This document shows, in pieces, positions 42,152 through 53,085 of a stretch of DNA of 64,000 nt; within the stretch, counting starts at the first letter, position 1, and each line of letters opens with the position of its first letter. The translations under genes were made by a program, and so were the position numbers. Below the pieces are notes generated by a model. The model was not told where the DNA came from. It worked only from the letters and a program-made list of their open reading frames with translations, and did not search any database. The DNA comes from an uncultured Pseudomonadota bacterium (lineage in GTDB: Bacteria; UBA10199; GCA-002796325; 1-14-0-20-49-13), in contig CAZYHS010000009.1 in the NCBI GenBank assembly GCA_964647545.1, positions 631 to 64,630 on the forward strand. The letters run 5' to 3'.

Positions 42152-42760
42152 ATGAAAAAGATCGTCACACTTGTAGTGCTTCTTGCGTTATTTTCTGCCG
42201 GCTGCGAAGCATTTAAGAGCAGCTACGACAACATGCCGCAACAGGTTCCGACACCTATCGGCAACGAAGGCAAAGAACCTCAGGCAGACGGTTCCAAATT
42301 CGTTTGTGAGGCGGTCGAAAATGTAAAGGTCGTCGCGAGCGAAACTCCCGGCTCTGTAACCCAAACAGTTCTTGCCAGCGCATCTGACGACGCGGTCGTC
42401 GAAGCTTCGGCGGAAAAACTCGCAGAAAATGCAACCAAGATTTCTATCACTTCGAACGGCGATCTTATCGTCTCTTTTGTCATAGCAAAATCTGATGACG
42501 AGACCTTGAGCGTTTGCTCCGTTGAAGGGCGCGCAGAAGGAGTCAAGAGCGGCACGATCACCGTCGATGCTTTCAATGACGGCGCAAATGTCGATATTTC
42601 AAAAGCTATCAACTCCGGTGCTTTCAAGATCGAGTTTGAGGCGGCAACAGATGCGGCTTCGATCATGAAGGCGGCGGCAAGCGAAGATTCTGCCGACGCG
42701 AGCATCGTTGAAGGTTCATACTTTGTGACCGGTCTCACCGTTTCCGAAGTTAAAAAGTAA
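42152..42760 (+). CDS. hypothetical lipoprotein
   Basis: MKKIVTLVVLLALFSAGC has a lipobox (L-F-S-A-G-C). An acidic, Ala/Ser-rich mature region follows. The track ORF from 42101 is an upstream extension. Confidence 0.6.
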   Translation: MKKIVTLVVLLALFSAGCEAFKSSYDNMPQQVPTPIGNEGKEPQADGSKFVCEAVENVKVVASETPGSVTQTVLASASDDAVVEASAEKLAENATKISITSNGDLIVSFVIAKSDDETLSVCSVEGRAEGVKSGTITVDAFNDGANVDISKAINSGAFKIEFEAATDAASIMKAAASEDSADASIVEGSYFVTGLTVSEVKK

Positions 42761-42782
42761 GAACGATCTTATTTAAAATATA

Positions 42783-42825
42783 AGGCCCGGGCGGCTTGTT
42801 TTATCAAGCTTCTCGGGCCTTTTTG
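42783..42825 (+). terminator. rho-independent terminator
   Basis: GGCCCGGGCGGC...TCTCGGGCC stem followed by TTTTTGCGTTTT. Confidence 0.6.
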
Positions 42826-42914
42826 CGTTTTATTCATGCCATAATAATTCTTGCAATTCAGACGTCTAGTTCCTATAAAACCGCTCGAATTTGCAGCGCA
42901 ACCGGTTAAAAAAC

Positions 42915-45641
42915 ATGATTAAATATTTAATTCGCAAGATCGTAGGAACCAAGAACGAACGTGAACTTAAAAGGATTATGCCGCTCATCGCGGACATAAA
43001 TTCTCTTGAGCCAGAGATGGCCGCATTGACTGACGCAGAGTTGCGGGGAAAGACCGACGAGTTTCGCGCCAGATTAAAAAACGGCGAGACCGTAAACGAC
43101 CTTCTAATCGAGGCTTTTGCCGTCTGTCGCGAAGGGGGCAAACGCGCGCTCAATATGCGCCATTTCGACGTTCAGCTCATCGGCGGTATTGCGCTGCATG
43201 AAGGAAAAATTGCGGAAATGAAGACCGGCGAAGGTAAAACCCTTGTCGCGACCTTGGCCTGTTATCTTAACGCGCTGGAGGGGAAGGGCGTTCATCTTGT
43301 CACAGTTAACGACTATCTGGCAAAACGCGACGCCGAATGGATGGGGCGCCTTTATAATTTTCTCGGGCTTACCTGCGGAAATATAGTTCACGGGCTTAAC
43401 GACGAGCAGCGTAAGGCCGCGTATGCCTGCGACATTACATACGGCACAAACAATGAGTTCGGTTTTGACTATCTGCGCGACAATATGAAATATTCGGTCG
43501 AGCATTTTGTTCAGCGCCCACTTAACTTTGCGATCGTTGACGAAGTAGATTCGATCCTCATCGACGAAGCGCGCACGCCACTTATTATTTCCGGCCCCGC
43601 CGAAGAATCGACGCAACTCTATTACACCGTCAATCAGATAGCCCCCTTTCTCAAAAAGGAAGTTGACTACACGATCGACGAAAAGGCCAAAACGGTCATG
43701 CTGACCGACAAAGGGGTGGCGCTCGCCGAAAAACGCCTCAACTGCGATAATCTTTACGACCCGAGAAATATTTCGCTCTTGCATCACGTCAATCAGGCTC
43801 TGCGCGCGCACGTTCTTTACAAGCGCGATGTCGATTATGTGGTGAAAGACGGCGAGGTCGTTATAGTTGACGAATTCACCGGCAGATTAATGCCGGGGAG
43901 ACGCTGGAGCGATGGCCTTCATCAGGCGGTCGAAGCAAAAGAGGGCGTTCGCATCGAGAACGAAAATCAGACTCTCGCGACGATCACCTTTCAGAATTAT
44001 TTTAGAATGTACAAAAAGCTCGGCGGCATGACCGGCACTGCCGATACCGAAGCCGCTGAATTTGCAAAGATTTACAATCTTGAGGTGCTTGTCATTCCGA
44101 CCAACAGGCAAATGGTCCGCAAAGACAACGCCGACGTGGTTTATAAAACAGAAGACGCCAAATTTAAAGCGGCTGCCGACGAAGTTATCGAACTCCACAA
44201 AAAGGGCCAGCCGGTCCTTGTGGGCACGATATCAATCGAAAAGTCGGAGCGCATGGCCAATTATCTGTCAAGGCACGGGGTGAAACACAACGTCCTCAAT
44301 GCTAAACACCACGAAAAAGAGGCCGAGATAATCGCGCAGGCCGGTAGAAAAGGGGCGGTGACGATCGCCACCAACATGGCCGGCCGAGGCGTCGATATTA
44401 TTCTCGGTGGAAATCCCGACGGGCTGACCCGCCACAAGCTCGGTCACGAAGTTTTGCCGACCGACGATGTGTTTAAAGATACGCTCGAAGAATTCAAAAA
44501 GATCTGCAAGGCGGAGCACGAAGAAGTCGTTGCGCTGGGTGGGTTGCATATCATCGGCACGGAACGTCACGAAAGCCGCCGCATTGACAATCAGTTGCGC
44601 GGCCGCGCCGGTCGCCAAGGCGATCCGGGCTCTACGCGTTTTTATCTCTCGTTGGAAGACGATCTTCTCCGCGTATTTGGCGGCGACCGCATCAAGTCAA
44701 TGATGGAGAGGCTTGGGATGGGTGACGATGAGGTTATTGAACATCCTTGGTTGACTCGGGCCATTGCAAACGCCCAGAAAAAGGTCGAGGATCACAATTT
44801 TTCGATAAGAAAGAACGTTCTTGAATACGATGACGTGATGAATCAGCAGCGTACTACCGTTTACGGATTACGCCGCGAGCTCCTTTCAACTGACGATTGC
44901 CGCGAGCGTGTCATCGATATGACCGACCAGTCGATTTCGGCTATCGTGGACGAATTTGTCCCCGAACGGGTAGATATCGACGAGTTCGAGCATAAGACCT
45001 TCGAAGATAAGGTCAAATCGCAGTTCGGATTTGATTTTTCAGTCAAGTCGCTACCCGAGCAAAAGCTGACCCGCGACGGTATCGGAGGCGAGCTCTTTGA
45101 TGCGGCCGTGAAATTCTATGATGAAAAAGAGGCGCAGTATGGGGCTCCTATCATCCGTCATGTCGAGAAATTCATAATTCTTTCGACTCTTGACGCTCTC
45201 TGGAAAGATCATTTGTTGCAAATGGACCATCTCAAAGAGGGGATCGGACTTAGAGGCTACGGTCAAAAGGATCCTCTTTTGGAATACAAAAAAGAGGGCT
45301 ATGCGATGTTTGCCGCGATGATGGACAGGTTTGTCGCCGACGTCATAGAAAAGGTCTATCGCGTTCAGATAAGGCAAGAGCAGATCCAGCAAGCCGCTAA
45401 AATCGAGATCGATAAAAAACCCCAGCGTGTTATCGAAAGCCACGCCGAAGCCGGTGCCTTTGCTGCTAACGCCGCCGCTTCAGGCGCCAGCGCGGCTTTG
45501 CAGCGTCACGGCGCGATGGCACCGTCAAACCGCCCCGAGGTCGTGCACGAAACTGTCAGAAATTCTGGCCCCCACACAGGTCGTAACGACCCCTGCCCGT
45601 GCGGCAGCGGAAAAAAATTCAAGAAATGCTGCGGCATGTAA
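42915..45641 (+). CDS. secA: preprotein translocase ATPase SecA
   Basis: Walker [13 protein letters not shown]-like DEVD, C-terminal zinc site [17 protein letters not shown] at 42915 (the 42891 track start is TTG). Confidence 0.95.
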   Translation: MIKYLIRKIVGTKNERELKRIMPLIADINSLEPEMAALTDAELRGKTDEFRARLKNGETVNDLLIEAFAVCREGGKRALNMRHFDVQLIGGIALHEGKIAEMKTGEGKTLVATLACYLNALEGKGVHLVTVNDYLAKRDAEWMGRLYNFLGLTCGNIVHGLNDEQRKAAYACDITYGTNNEFGFDYLRDNMKYSVEHFVQRPLNFAIVDEVDSILIDEARTPLIISGPAEESTQLYYTVNQIAPFLKKEVDYTIDEKAKTVMLTDKGVALAEKRLNCDNLYDPRNISLLHHVNQALRAHVLYKRDVDYVVKDGEVVIVDEFTGRLMPGRRWSDGLHQAVEAKEGVRIENENQTLATITFQNYFRMYKKLGGMTGTADTEAAEFAKIYNLEVLVIPTNRQMVRKDNADVVYKTEDAKFKAAADEVIELHKKGQPVLVGTISIEKSERMANYLSRHGVKHNVLNAKHHEKEAEIIAQAGRKGAVTIATNMAGRGVDIILGGNPDGLTRHKLGHEVLPTDDVFKDTLEEFKKICKAEHEEVVALGGLHIIGTERHESRRIDNQLRGRAGRQGDPGSTRFYLSLEDDLLRVFGGDRIKSMMERLGMGDDEVIEHPWLTRAIANAQKKVEDHNFSIRKNVLEYDDVMNQQRTTVYGLRRELLSTDDCRERVIDMTDQSISAIVDEFVPERVDIDEFEHKTFEDKVKSQFGFDFSVKSLPEQKLTRDGIGGELFDAAVKFYDEKEAQYGAPIIRHVEKFIILSTLDALWKDHLLQMDHLKEGIGLRGYGQKDPLLEYKKEGYAMFAAMMDRFVADVIEKVYRVQIRQEQIQQAAKIEIDKKPQRVIESHAEAGAFAANAAASGASAALQRHGAMAPSNRPEVVHETVRNSGPHTGRNDPCPCGSGKKFKKCCGM

Positions 45642-45752
45642 CGAGCGCATCTATCGAAACGACTGATTTTTATGAATTTTTCGTGGAGCTTGCGGCGGGA
45701 GTGTGCTAAATTATCCGAAAATTAACGATGGTTTTGCCACTTTGGACGAAAC

Positions 45753-47900
45753 ATGCTCGAAAAATTAAACCTAGGCAGATTCAACGAGATCCTCAGTAAG
45801 AATTCCGACGCGATGCTGGCCGGCTTGATCGTTGTACCGCTGGCGATGATCATCGTGCCGATGCCGACGTGGCTGCTCGACGTTTTCCTGACGTTCAGCG
45901 TGACCTTGGCTGTTGTTATCCTGCTGGTTTCTTTCTACATCTCCGAGGCCCTGAAAATTGCCTCCTTCCCGACCATCCTGCTTATCTGCACGATGTTTCG
46001 TTTGTCTCTTAACATTTCGACCACGAGACTTATTCTTGCCGACGGTTATGCCGGCGAGGTTATTAACGCGTTCGGTTCGTTTGTGGTCGGCGGCAATTAC
46101 GTCGTCGGCGGCGTGCTGTTTTTGATCATCACGTTAGTCAACTTTATCGTTATTGCGAAAGGTTCGGAGCGTGTCTCTGAAGTCGCGGCCCGTTTTACTT
46201 TGGACGCCATGCCCGGCAAACAAATGTCGATCGACGCCGATTTGCGCGCAGGAATTATCAACGTAGAACAGGCGATACAGCGCCGCTCTATGTTGCAGCG
46301 CGAATCGCAGATGTACGGCGCGATGGACGGCGCAATGAAGTTCGTGAAAGGCGATGCTATCGCCGGCATGGTGATAATCGTCATTAACGTTGTGGCCGGT
46401 TTTATCATCGGCGTCATGCAGCGCGACATGTCCTTCCCGCAGGCGCTTCAGGTCTATTCGCTGCTTACGATAGGTGACGGACTTGTTCAGCAGCTGCCGG
46501 CTCTTATTGTTTCGGTGTCGGCCGGTATCGTTGTGACTCGCGTTACAAACGAAACCGATAATTCAAATCTCGGCAAGGAAATTGTCTCTCAGTTGACCGC
46601 ATATCCGAAGGCGCTCATAATCGCCTCGGTCATGCTGGCGCTGCTGGGTGTTGTCCCCGGTCTTCCGACGATACCGTTTTTTGTATTGTCCGCAGCCACC
46701 GCCACCATAGCTTACTTTCTTCTTAAATCGCGCAAGAAAGCGGTCCAAAAAGTTGTCGATACCCCAAAGCAGGATGTCGTCAAAAAGGCGGTCGCAAAGC
46801 ACGGCGACGTTCTCCCTTTTATCATGCCAAGCCCAATCTCATTGGAGGTTGGAAGTTCGATAATTCCGTTCGTCGATGACAAACAGGATGGCGGGCGGTT
46901 CATCAACGAGCTGATACCTCTTTTAAGACACGGGCTTTATTACGAGCTTGGAGTGAATTTCCCCGGCATTCAGGTGAGGGGGCAAACCGTCGATATGGAG
47001 GCTGAGGCTTACGTTATCAACGTCAACGAAGTTCCGGTGGCGTACGGAAAGGTTATGCGCGATTCGATACTTGTCGGCGAATCGCTCGAACAGCTTTCGC
47101 TTTTCAACATTGAAGGTTCGGAGACGATTCACCCGATCGACGGCTCTGTCGTTACTTGGATCTCCAAAGAATATAAAGACGTCGCCATGCAAGCCGGATT
47201 TCGCATGTGGGACATTTCGGAATATTTGATTTTGCATCTGTCGTACGTTTTGCGTCGGCACGCACACGAATTTTTGGGCCTGCAGGAGATCCAGAACATG
47301 CTCGGAGAGCTGGAAAAGACTCATCCTGCGCTGGTTAAAGAGCTGGTTCCCAAGGTCGTTACGCTTCTTCAGTTGACCGAGATATTTCAAAGGCTCGTGC
47401 AGGAAGATATCGCGATACGTGATTTAAAATCGGTCTTTTCGACGCTTGCTCAATGGGGAGAGATCGAGCGCGACACGCTGCTGTTGACCGAGCACGTCCG
47501 CGCCGGTCTGAAACGCTACATCACGCACAAATACGCAGGTTCGGCCAATACGCTTGCGGTCTATCTGCTCGATCCCGAAATCGAGGACATGATCCGCGAT
47601 TCGATAAGGCGCACCGAAAAGGGAAATTACCTCGCTTTAGAGCCCGATGTGACTCAGGAAATAATCGAGGCCGTCGGCAAGGAGATCGCGTCTCATCCGT
47701 TCCCTCCGGGGGCGAAACCTCCCGTTATTTTGACGACGGCCGAGGTCAGACGCTATTTCAGAAAGATAATCGAGCTGGAATTTCCGCAACTCTCGGTCCT
47801 TTCTTATCAGGAGCTATCCGAGAATCTGAGAATTCAACCGATCGCAAGGGTCGGGCTGCCGCGCAGCGTTTCACGCGAAGCCCAGCCGGCGCTTGCCTGA
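45753..47900 (+). CDS. FHIPEP-family export-gate protein (FlhA/SctV homologue)
   Basis: 715 aa. N-terminal polytopic membrane domain with conserved FHIPEP blocks (FPTILLI...RLSLNISTTRLIL, GSFVVGGNYVVGGVLFLIITLVNFIVIAKGSERVSEVAARFTLDAMPGKQMSIDADLRAG, KFVKGDAIAG). A large C-terminal cytoplasmic domain follows. Confidence 0.8.
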   Translation: MLEKLNLGRFNEILSKNSDAMLAGLIVVPLAMIIVPMPTWLLDVFLTFSVTLAVVILLVSFYISEALKIASFPTILLICTMFRLSLNISTTRLILADGYAGEVINAFGSFVVGGNYVVGGVLFLIITLVNFIVIAKGSERVSEVAARFTLDAMPGKQMSIDADLRAGIINVEQAIQRRSMLQRESQMYGAMDGAMKFVKGDAIAGMVIIVINVVAGFIIGVMQRDMSFPQALQVYSLLTIGDGLVQQLPALIVSVSAGIVVTRVTNETDNSNLGKEIVSQLTAYPKALIIASVMLALLGVVPGLPTIPFFVLSAATATIAYFLLKSRKKAVQKVVDTPKQDVVKKAVAKHGDVLPFIMPSPISLEVGSSIIPFVDDKQDGGRFINELIPLLRHGLYYELGVNFPGIQVRGQTVDMEAEAYVINVNEVPVAYGKVMRDSILVGESLEQLSLFNIEGSETIHPIDGSVVTWISKEYKDVAMQAGFRMWDISEYLILHLSYVLRRHAHEFLGLQEIQNMLGELEKTHPALVKELVPKVVTLLQLTEIFQRLVQEDIAIRDLKSVFSTLAQWGEIERDTLLLTEHVRAGLKRYITHKYAGSANTLAVYLLDPEIEDMIRDSIRRTEKGNYLALEPDVTQEIIEAVGKEIASHPFPPGAKPPVILTTAEVRRYFRKIIELEFPQLSVLSYQELSENLRIQPIARVGLPRSVSREAQPALA

Positions 47901-47920
47901 TAAAACGGAGAAAAGAGCCG

Positions 47921-49090
47921 ATGTCTGATTTCTGGCAGTTCTATTCACCGACAAAAGTCATGTTCGGGGCCTCTCTTTCGCGGGATATTTCCGCGGAGCT
48001 GCAGATGCTGGGCATTTCCCGCCCTCTTATTGTCAGCGACGCCACGCTTAAAAAATTGGGAATTCTTGCGCCGGTAGTCGAGGCTATCGAGGAATTTGGC
48101 ATAAAACCTGCGGGCATTTTCACCGATGTTCCGGCAAATTCCGGACTTTCGGCCGTTCAGTCTTGCGCAACGCTTGCGATAGGAGAGGGTGCGGACGGTA
48201 TTATAGCGATCGGCGGCGGAAGCGTACTTGATACCGCAAAAGCTGCCAATATTTTACTTAGCCACGGTGGCGATCTCACCGAAGACTACTCTGGCGCGCA
48301 AACCCTTCCGGGGCCGCTTAAGCCTCTCATCGCAATTCCAACGACCGCCGGCACCGGCAGCGAAGTGACTCAGGCCGCGGTTGTGCTTGACGAAAAACGT
48401 AACGTTAAACTTTCATTCTACGATCAGCACTTGCATCCGAGCGTCGCCATTTTAGATCCGACGTTGCTCGAAAAGATTCCATGTGCGCTCATGGCCTCGA
48501 CGGGATGGGACGCTTTCACTCATGCGGTCGAATCGTTCACAAGTCTGCAGGCGAATCCTTTTTCAGACGAGCTGGCTCTTCCGGCCGTGCGCATGATCAA
48601 AGAAAATTTTCTCGATGCCGTTACGACAAATAATTTAGAGGCTCGCGGCAAAATGCTTATCGCCGCCACTTTGGCGGGCATGGCTTTCGATCAAGCGATG
48701 GTAGGGGTCGTTCATTCGATGGCTCATGCGGTCGGTGGAGTCACACACGCTCATCACGGGACTTTGAACTTCATTTTGCTGCCTTACGGCATGGAATACA
48801 ACATGCCTGTTTGCCGCGCAAAGTATGCACATCTTGCAAAGGTGTTGCACGTCACATCAAGATTTCGCTCCGAGAAAAAACTTGCCGAGCTGAGCGTTAA
48901 GGTCATCAGGGCGTGGCAGAAAAAACTGTCGAAGTCGTGCAGGTTGCCGTTGCGGCTGCGCGACGTGGGCGTCAAGTCATCCGACCTTGAAATTATCGCT
49001 AAACGCGCATGTGAGGACGGAACGAGCTTTTACAATCCAAGAGAACTGGTAGAAGACGAAATATTCGCGACGCTAAAGCGTGCGTGGTAA
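47921..49090 (+). CDS. iron-containing (group III) alcohol dehydrogenase family protein
   Basis: GGGSVLDTAK nucleotide-binding motif and His-rich metal site (HSMAHAVGGVTHAHHG). ATG at 47921. The track ORF start at 47453 is an extension that overlaps the preceding gene. Confidence 0.8.
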   Translation: MSDFWQFYSPTKVMFGASLSRDISAELQMLGISRPLIVSDATLKKLGILAPVVEAIEEFGIKPAGIFTDVPANSGLSAVQSCATLAIGEGADGIIAIGGGSVLDTAKAANILLSHGGDLTEDYSGAQTLPGPLKPLIAIPTTAGTGSEVTQAAVVLDEKRNVKLSFYDQHLHPSVAILDPTLLEKIPCALMASTGWDAFTHAVESFTSLQANPFSDELALPAVRMIKENFLDAVTTNNLEARGKMLIAATLAGMAFDQAMVGVVHSMAHAVGGVTHAHHGTLNFILLPYGMEYNMPVCRAKYAHLAKVLHVTSRFRSEKKLAELSVKVIRAWQKKLSKSCRLPLRLRDVGVKSSDLEIIAKRACEDGTSFYNPRELVEDEIFATLKRAW

Positions 49091-49102
49091 AAAGGGGAAA
49101 CT

Positions 49103-49501
49103 ATGCCTGTTTTTAAATCAAGTGAGGAGCTTCAAAAGATACTTGGCGGTTTTTTTAATCTTCTCATCAACGATAAGGAGCTGGGCCCGAAATTCGCGGC
49201 GTCAAAACTTGTTCTACGGTTTAACTATACCAATCCCGAACTCTCCATAACCGCCGACTGCAGCAAGTCGCCGATCGTTTTGAAATTCAACGATAAAGAG
49301 ACAAAACCGGAAGTTGAAATGAGCATGTCGGCCGATATAGCCCATAAATTCTGGCTGGGAGAGGTGAACCTTGTCATGGCTATCGCAAGGCGCCAGATGG
49401 TCGTAAAAGGGCCTATTCCGCGCATTTTAAAGCTACTACCGGTCATCAAACCTGCCTATAGGATGTACAAAGAGTACCTTGCCGGCCTTGCCAAGGGCTA
49501 A
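49103..49501 (+). CDS. small SCP2-like (sterol-carrier-like) protein
   Basis: 132 aa, amphipathic alpha/beta pattern reminiscent of SCP2 domains. The assignment is tentative. Confidence 0.4.
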   Translation: MPVFKSSEELQKILGGFFNLLINDKELGPKFAASKLVLRFNYTNPELSITADCSKSPIVLKFNDKETKPEVEMSMSADIAHKFWLGEVNLVMAIARRQMVVKGPIPRILKLLPVIKPAYRMYKEYLAGLAKG

Positions 49502-49655
49502 GCTACCGCTGCACGCCAATCGACGACCCGAATAGATATGACGCGCTGCATATTGTCTTAATAAAATCAAATAGATAGAGTGCGAAGATAAAGTTAAAGC
49601 TGCTGCATCAATTTGTAGCAACTTTTTCATTTATGCGCCGATAAACCCATTTGAC

Positions 49656-50840
49656 ATGATAAGTCGCGTTGTAAAACTCTATGCTTTTATCTTTGCGTGC
49701 CTGTTTGTGGCCTGCAGCGGAGTGGCCTGTTCAGGGCACAAGCAGTTTAGCGACTATCAGCGTGAGTTCTTAGGACATGTCGCAGTCGGCGAAAAGGTCA
49801 CTAAGGAAATAGTCATTCAAAATACCAGTCTGACCGAAACTCATCATATTGAGGGGTTGAATTTCGACGCTGCCAATAATACGGCCGGCCATTTTAGGAT
49901 CGAAAAAGTAGAGGTCGGCGGGGTGCCGCAAAATCCGCGTGACCGGGATATTACTGTTCCGCCTGCCAGCATGGTGCAGATATTTGTCACCTATCAGCCG
50001 TTGAACCTTGAAACCACAATATCAAACGCCGGAGGATGGAGCACCGGTCGTGAAGAGCGTTATGTCCCCAAACAGCCGGAAGAAGATAGTTCGGCGACCA
50101 AGGCGATGGGCGACATGCTGACATCTAAAAATGTCGAACTCGACGACGATGCAAAGGCGATCCATCGCGCCGTGATAGCCGTTGTTTATGATCAGCCGCG
50201 CGTCGGTATCCTGCTCGTAGAGGTCGTTGGAACTGCCCAAGAGGGGCCGAACGGTGAAACGACGGCGGTCGGGAGCGGCGGTGGTTCATGCCCTGAGGGG
50301 AGCGGCATTATCTGCTATTCCGGAGGATTTGCTATCGAACTTCCCGATATTATGACCGGAGGCGCGCGTCAGCTCAAACTTAGCGGCCCGATAGTGTTCG
50401 AAAGCAGCGGCAGTAATTTAACTCTTGATATGACGGCTTTCCCGTCGGCTCTCCTTGTTATGAAAGGAAACGGACCGGGAGAACCGCTTGAAGGTCAGCC
50501 GATCAACGCGATTTCGCTCGTCATAAGCGGAAGCGAGGGCGTCTCGGCTTCGGGGACGTTCGACGGCTCCAATATTGACGTCAACGGAATTTCATTCAGG
50601 ATCAGGGTCGTACTGGGCGAGCTTAAAGAGAGCGACGTCAATCCCGGACTTCAGTCCACGGTCGACTTTTCCGTTAAGGACGTTACGATCAAAACATCCA
50701 AGCCTCTCACGAATGGAACAATAACGCTTGTCGCCGAAGCGGTGCTCGATAAAGAACCGTCCGGAAATCCGGCGTTCGATCAAGTCCTTGGCAATACGCG
50801 CGTGGTCGTGACTATGGACGGCAATCTGGAAGTTAAATGA
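49656..50840 (+). CDS. hypothetical secreted protein or lipoprotein (beta-rich, Gly/Ser-rich)
   Basis: Signal peptide with a lipobox-like LFVACSG. No recognisable enzymatic motif. Its end abuts the convergent FHA gene. Confidence 0.55.
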   Translation: MISRVVKLYAFIFACLFVACSGVACSGHKQFSDYQREFLGHVAVGEKVTKEIVIQNTSLTETHHIEGLNFDAANNTAGHFRIEKVEVGGVPQNPRDRDITVPPASMVQIFVTYQPLNLETTISNAGGWSTGREERYVPKQPEEDSSATKAMGDMLTSKNVELDDDAKAIHRAVIAVVYDQPRVGILLVEVVGTAQEGPNGETTAVGSGGGSCPEGSGIICYSGGFAIELPDIMTGGARQLKLSGPIVFESSGSNLTLDMTAFPSALLVMKGNGPGEPLEGQPINAISLVISGSEGVSASGTFDGSNIDVNGISFRIRVVLGELKESDVNPGLQSTVDFSVKDVTIKTSKPLTNGTITLVAEAVLDKEPSGNPAFDQVLGNTRVVVTMDGNLEVK

Positions 50841-51824
50841 TCACTTCAATAGAAGGTTCAACAGGGATATCGAGGCGAAGATGAATATCAGCACGCCGAT
50901 TCCGATAAGTCCCATTTCAACAAACGACAAACTAATACGCTCTTTTGCCGGCTGAGGTAGCGGATAGTCGTCGGGCGTCTCTTCGGAGAAAGCCTCTTCG
51001 AAAGGTTGCGCATCTCCGCTGTGGGTCGGTTCGCCTTCGACAGGACGGGACTCTTCTTCGACTGCTAAATTTTCGGCGGCCGGAGGCAGCGTCTGTTTTC
51101 TAACGGAATCTTTTATCGCATCGACGGTGACCTCTTTGGGATAGCGGAAGATCATTACGATCGTTCCCAGCGCTATGCGATCTCCGTCGTGCAAAATCGA
51201 CTGGTTGACCTTGCTGTTGTTTAAGAACGTGCCGTTCTTGCTGCCGAGGTCTTCTATAAAGAACGCCTCTCCGCGGCGGCTTATCTTTGCGTGTCTTCGT
51301 GAAATGACGTATTCTTTTACTTCAAAGTCGGCCGACTCGTCGCGCCCTATAATAGCTTCGTCAACGTCTGATTGAAAAAAGAATTTCTTACCGACGAAAC
51401 TTCCGTTTTGAACTTCGATGCTCGGGATGCTCTCTTTATCAATTGCCTTTAAGACCTTTTTGAGAAGCTTAACTTCCAAAATATCGGTGTCGGTTATTTC
51501 GTTGAAACTTTGAGCGAGCATCTCGTCTATCTGGTTAAAACTAAGATTGAAATCTTCAATCGAAATGACGTCTCCGTGCTTTAAGATGTTCTTCTCTTTT
51601 GGTTTGACGGGCACGCCGTTGAGAAAAGTTCCGTTTCCGCTCCCTTCATCGATGAGAAAGCAATGTTCACCGCTGATGAGGACCCTTGCGTGCTTTCTGG
51701 AGACGCTGTTCGAGTTAAGACAAACTTTGTTATCTTCGGAACGGCCTATGGAAACGCCTTCTCTATCGAAGGTGACGATATCTTTTTTGTCGGAGCCTTT
51801 TTCTGTGACGATCAGTTTTGGCAT
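50841..51824 (-). CDS. membrane-anchored protein with two FHA domains
   Basis: Two FHA signatures (IGRSEDN...VSRKHA...SGNGTFLNG and IGRDESAD...ISRRHA...SKNGTFLNN), an acidic linker, and a single C-terminal TM helix (GLIGIGVLIFIFASISLLNLLLK). Confidence 0.8.
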   Translation of the reverse strand: MPKLIVTEKGSDKKDIVTFDREGVSIGRSEDNKVCLNSNSVSRKHARVLISGEHCFLIDEGSGNGTFLNGVPVKPKEKNILKHGDVISIEDFNLSFNQIDEMLAQSFNEITDTDILEVKLLKKVLKAIDKESIPSIEVQNGSFVGKKFFFQSDVDEAIIGRDESADFEVKEYVISRRHAKISRRGEAFFIEDLGSKNGTFLNNSKVNQSILHDGDRIALGTIVMIFRYPKEVTVDAIKDSVRKQTLPPAAENLAVEEESRPVEGEPTHSGDAQPFEEAFSEETPDDYPLPQPAKERISLSFVEMGLIGIGVLIFIFASISLLNLLLK

Positions 51825-51834
51825 ATGGAGATTT

Positions 51835-53085
51835 TTATTCGCAACCGCCGCCGGCCTCGATCATTTTTTGAGCGGCTGTCGCTTCGGTAGGGAATTGTTT
51901 TACTCCAACGGTCATGAACTTGCAAAGTTTTTCTCGGGCCTTGGACTTGGCGCCGGTGTAGTTGTAGAGGCTTCCGAGATTGTAGAGCGTTCTTGCGTGA
52001 TTCGGTTCTATGACGAGAGTGTGCTCCCATTGCTTTTGCGCCATTTGTGTGTCGCCCGTCTTAAGATATGCCAGCCCCAGATTGTAGCTCGCGTCGGCGA
52101 AATTAGGATTTATCTGACAGGCACGTTTTAAACTTGTCACCGCGTCGGCGAAGAATTTTTCGGCCTCTTTTGCGTTCCCTTCCATTTTCTTTTTGTCGCC
52201 TATGTTCAAACTGATGGTACCCATTTTATAGTAGGCCACTTCGCTTATCGGGTTTATTCTCACGACCTCCGCAAATTCCGCGAGAGATTCGTCGAATCTT
52301 CCTTCGTTAAAATAGAAAAGCCCTAGCTGCTGATGGGCGGCCGCCGAGTTGGGATCGATCTCGATTGCTTTGAGAAACGTGTTCTGCGCTTTGTAGGGTT
52401 CTTTCATTTCCAGATAGAGGCTACCGAGTTTGAGCCATGTGTCGATGTCGCGCGGGCCGTCTTCAAGGGCCAGCCTATAGCGAATTACCGCGTGCTCATA
52501 ATCGCCGACCTCCCAATAGAGCTTTGCAAGTTCGGTGTGGACAAGTTTCAAGTTGGGGTTGAGCTCCGTGGCTTTTTTAAATTCGCTTTCGGCAAATTTA
52601 ATGTAGCTCTTTGCCGGATTTTGTCTGGTTTTTTCAAGGTAACAGAGGCCGAGATTGTAATAGGCGTCGGCGTTTGTCGGCTGGTATTTCAGGGACTTCT
52701 TAATGAACTTGATCGCTTCGTCAGGTTTTTTTTCGGCAAGAAGTACCGCCCCCATGTGATTGTACGGGCTGCCGTAGTGTTTGTCTATGTCGATCGCCCT
52801 TTGAAAAAAGGCCTTCGCCTCCGTCAGCTGTCCTCTCATTTTATAGATTATTCCGAGGTTGTTGAAAGCCTCGGCGTATTCCGGCGAAAGTTCGGCGGCG
52901 GTCTTAAGTTCGAACTCCGCGCGTTCGAGATCTCCGGAGTTAAGATAGGCTATCCCCTGATTGTTGTGATAGACGGCCCGCGGGCTTTGCTGGATCTTTT
53001 TCTTCTTCGCTTCCGCTTGCGGAGCAAAGAACATTATCACGGCCATTATTAAAAGTAGCTTTTTCATATTTTTCATTGAAGGCAT
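51835..53085 (-). CDS. periplasmic TPR-repeat protein
   Basis: Signal peptide (KKLLLIMAVIMFFAPQAEA) followed by at least 8 TPR-like units (AYYNLG, AEAFNNLG and similar). Overlaps the upstream gene by 13 nt. Confidence 0.75.
   Translation of the reverse strand: MPSMKNMKKLLLIMAVIMFFAPQAEAKKKKIQQSPRAVYHNNQGIAYLNSGDLERAEFELKTAAELSPEYAEAFNNLGIIYKMRGQLTEAKAFFQRAIDIDKHYGSPYNHMGAVLLAEKKPDEAIKFIKKSLKYQPTNADAYYNLGLCYLEKTRQNPAKSYIKFAESEFKKATELNPNLKLVHTELAKLYWEVGDYEHAVIRYRLALEDGPRDIDTWLKLGSLYLEMKEPYKAQNTFLKAIEIDPNSAAAHQQLGLFYFNEGRFDESLAEFAEVVRINPISEVAYYKMGTISLNIGDKKKMEGNAKEAEKFFADAVTSLKRACQINPNFADASYNLGLAYLKTGDTQMAQKQWEHTLVIEPNHARTLYNLGSLYNYTGAKSKAREKLCKFMTVGVKQFPTEATAAQKMIEAGGGCE

Noticed and set aside
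47453-47920. Upstream extension of the alcohol-dehydrogenase ORF (track start 47453) overlapping the last 450 nt of the FlhA-like gene
   Set aside because: The extension begins at a non-ATG alternative start and overlaps a well-supported gene. An in-frame ATG at 47921 with the conserved N-terminus MSDFWQFYSPTKVMFG gives a normal Fe-ADH of about 389 aa.
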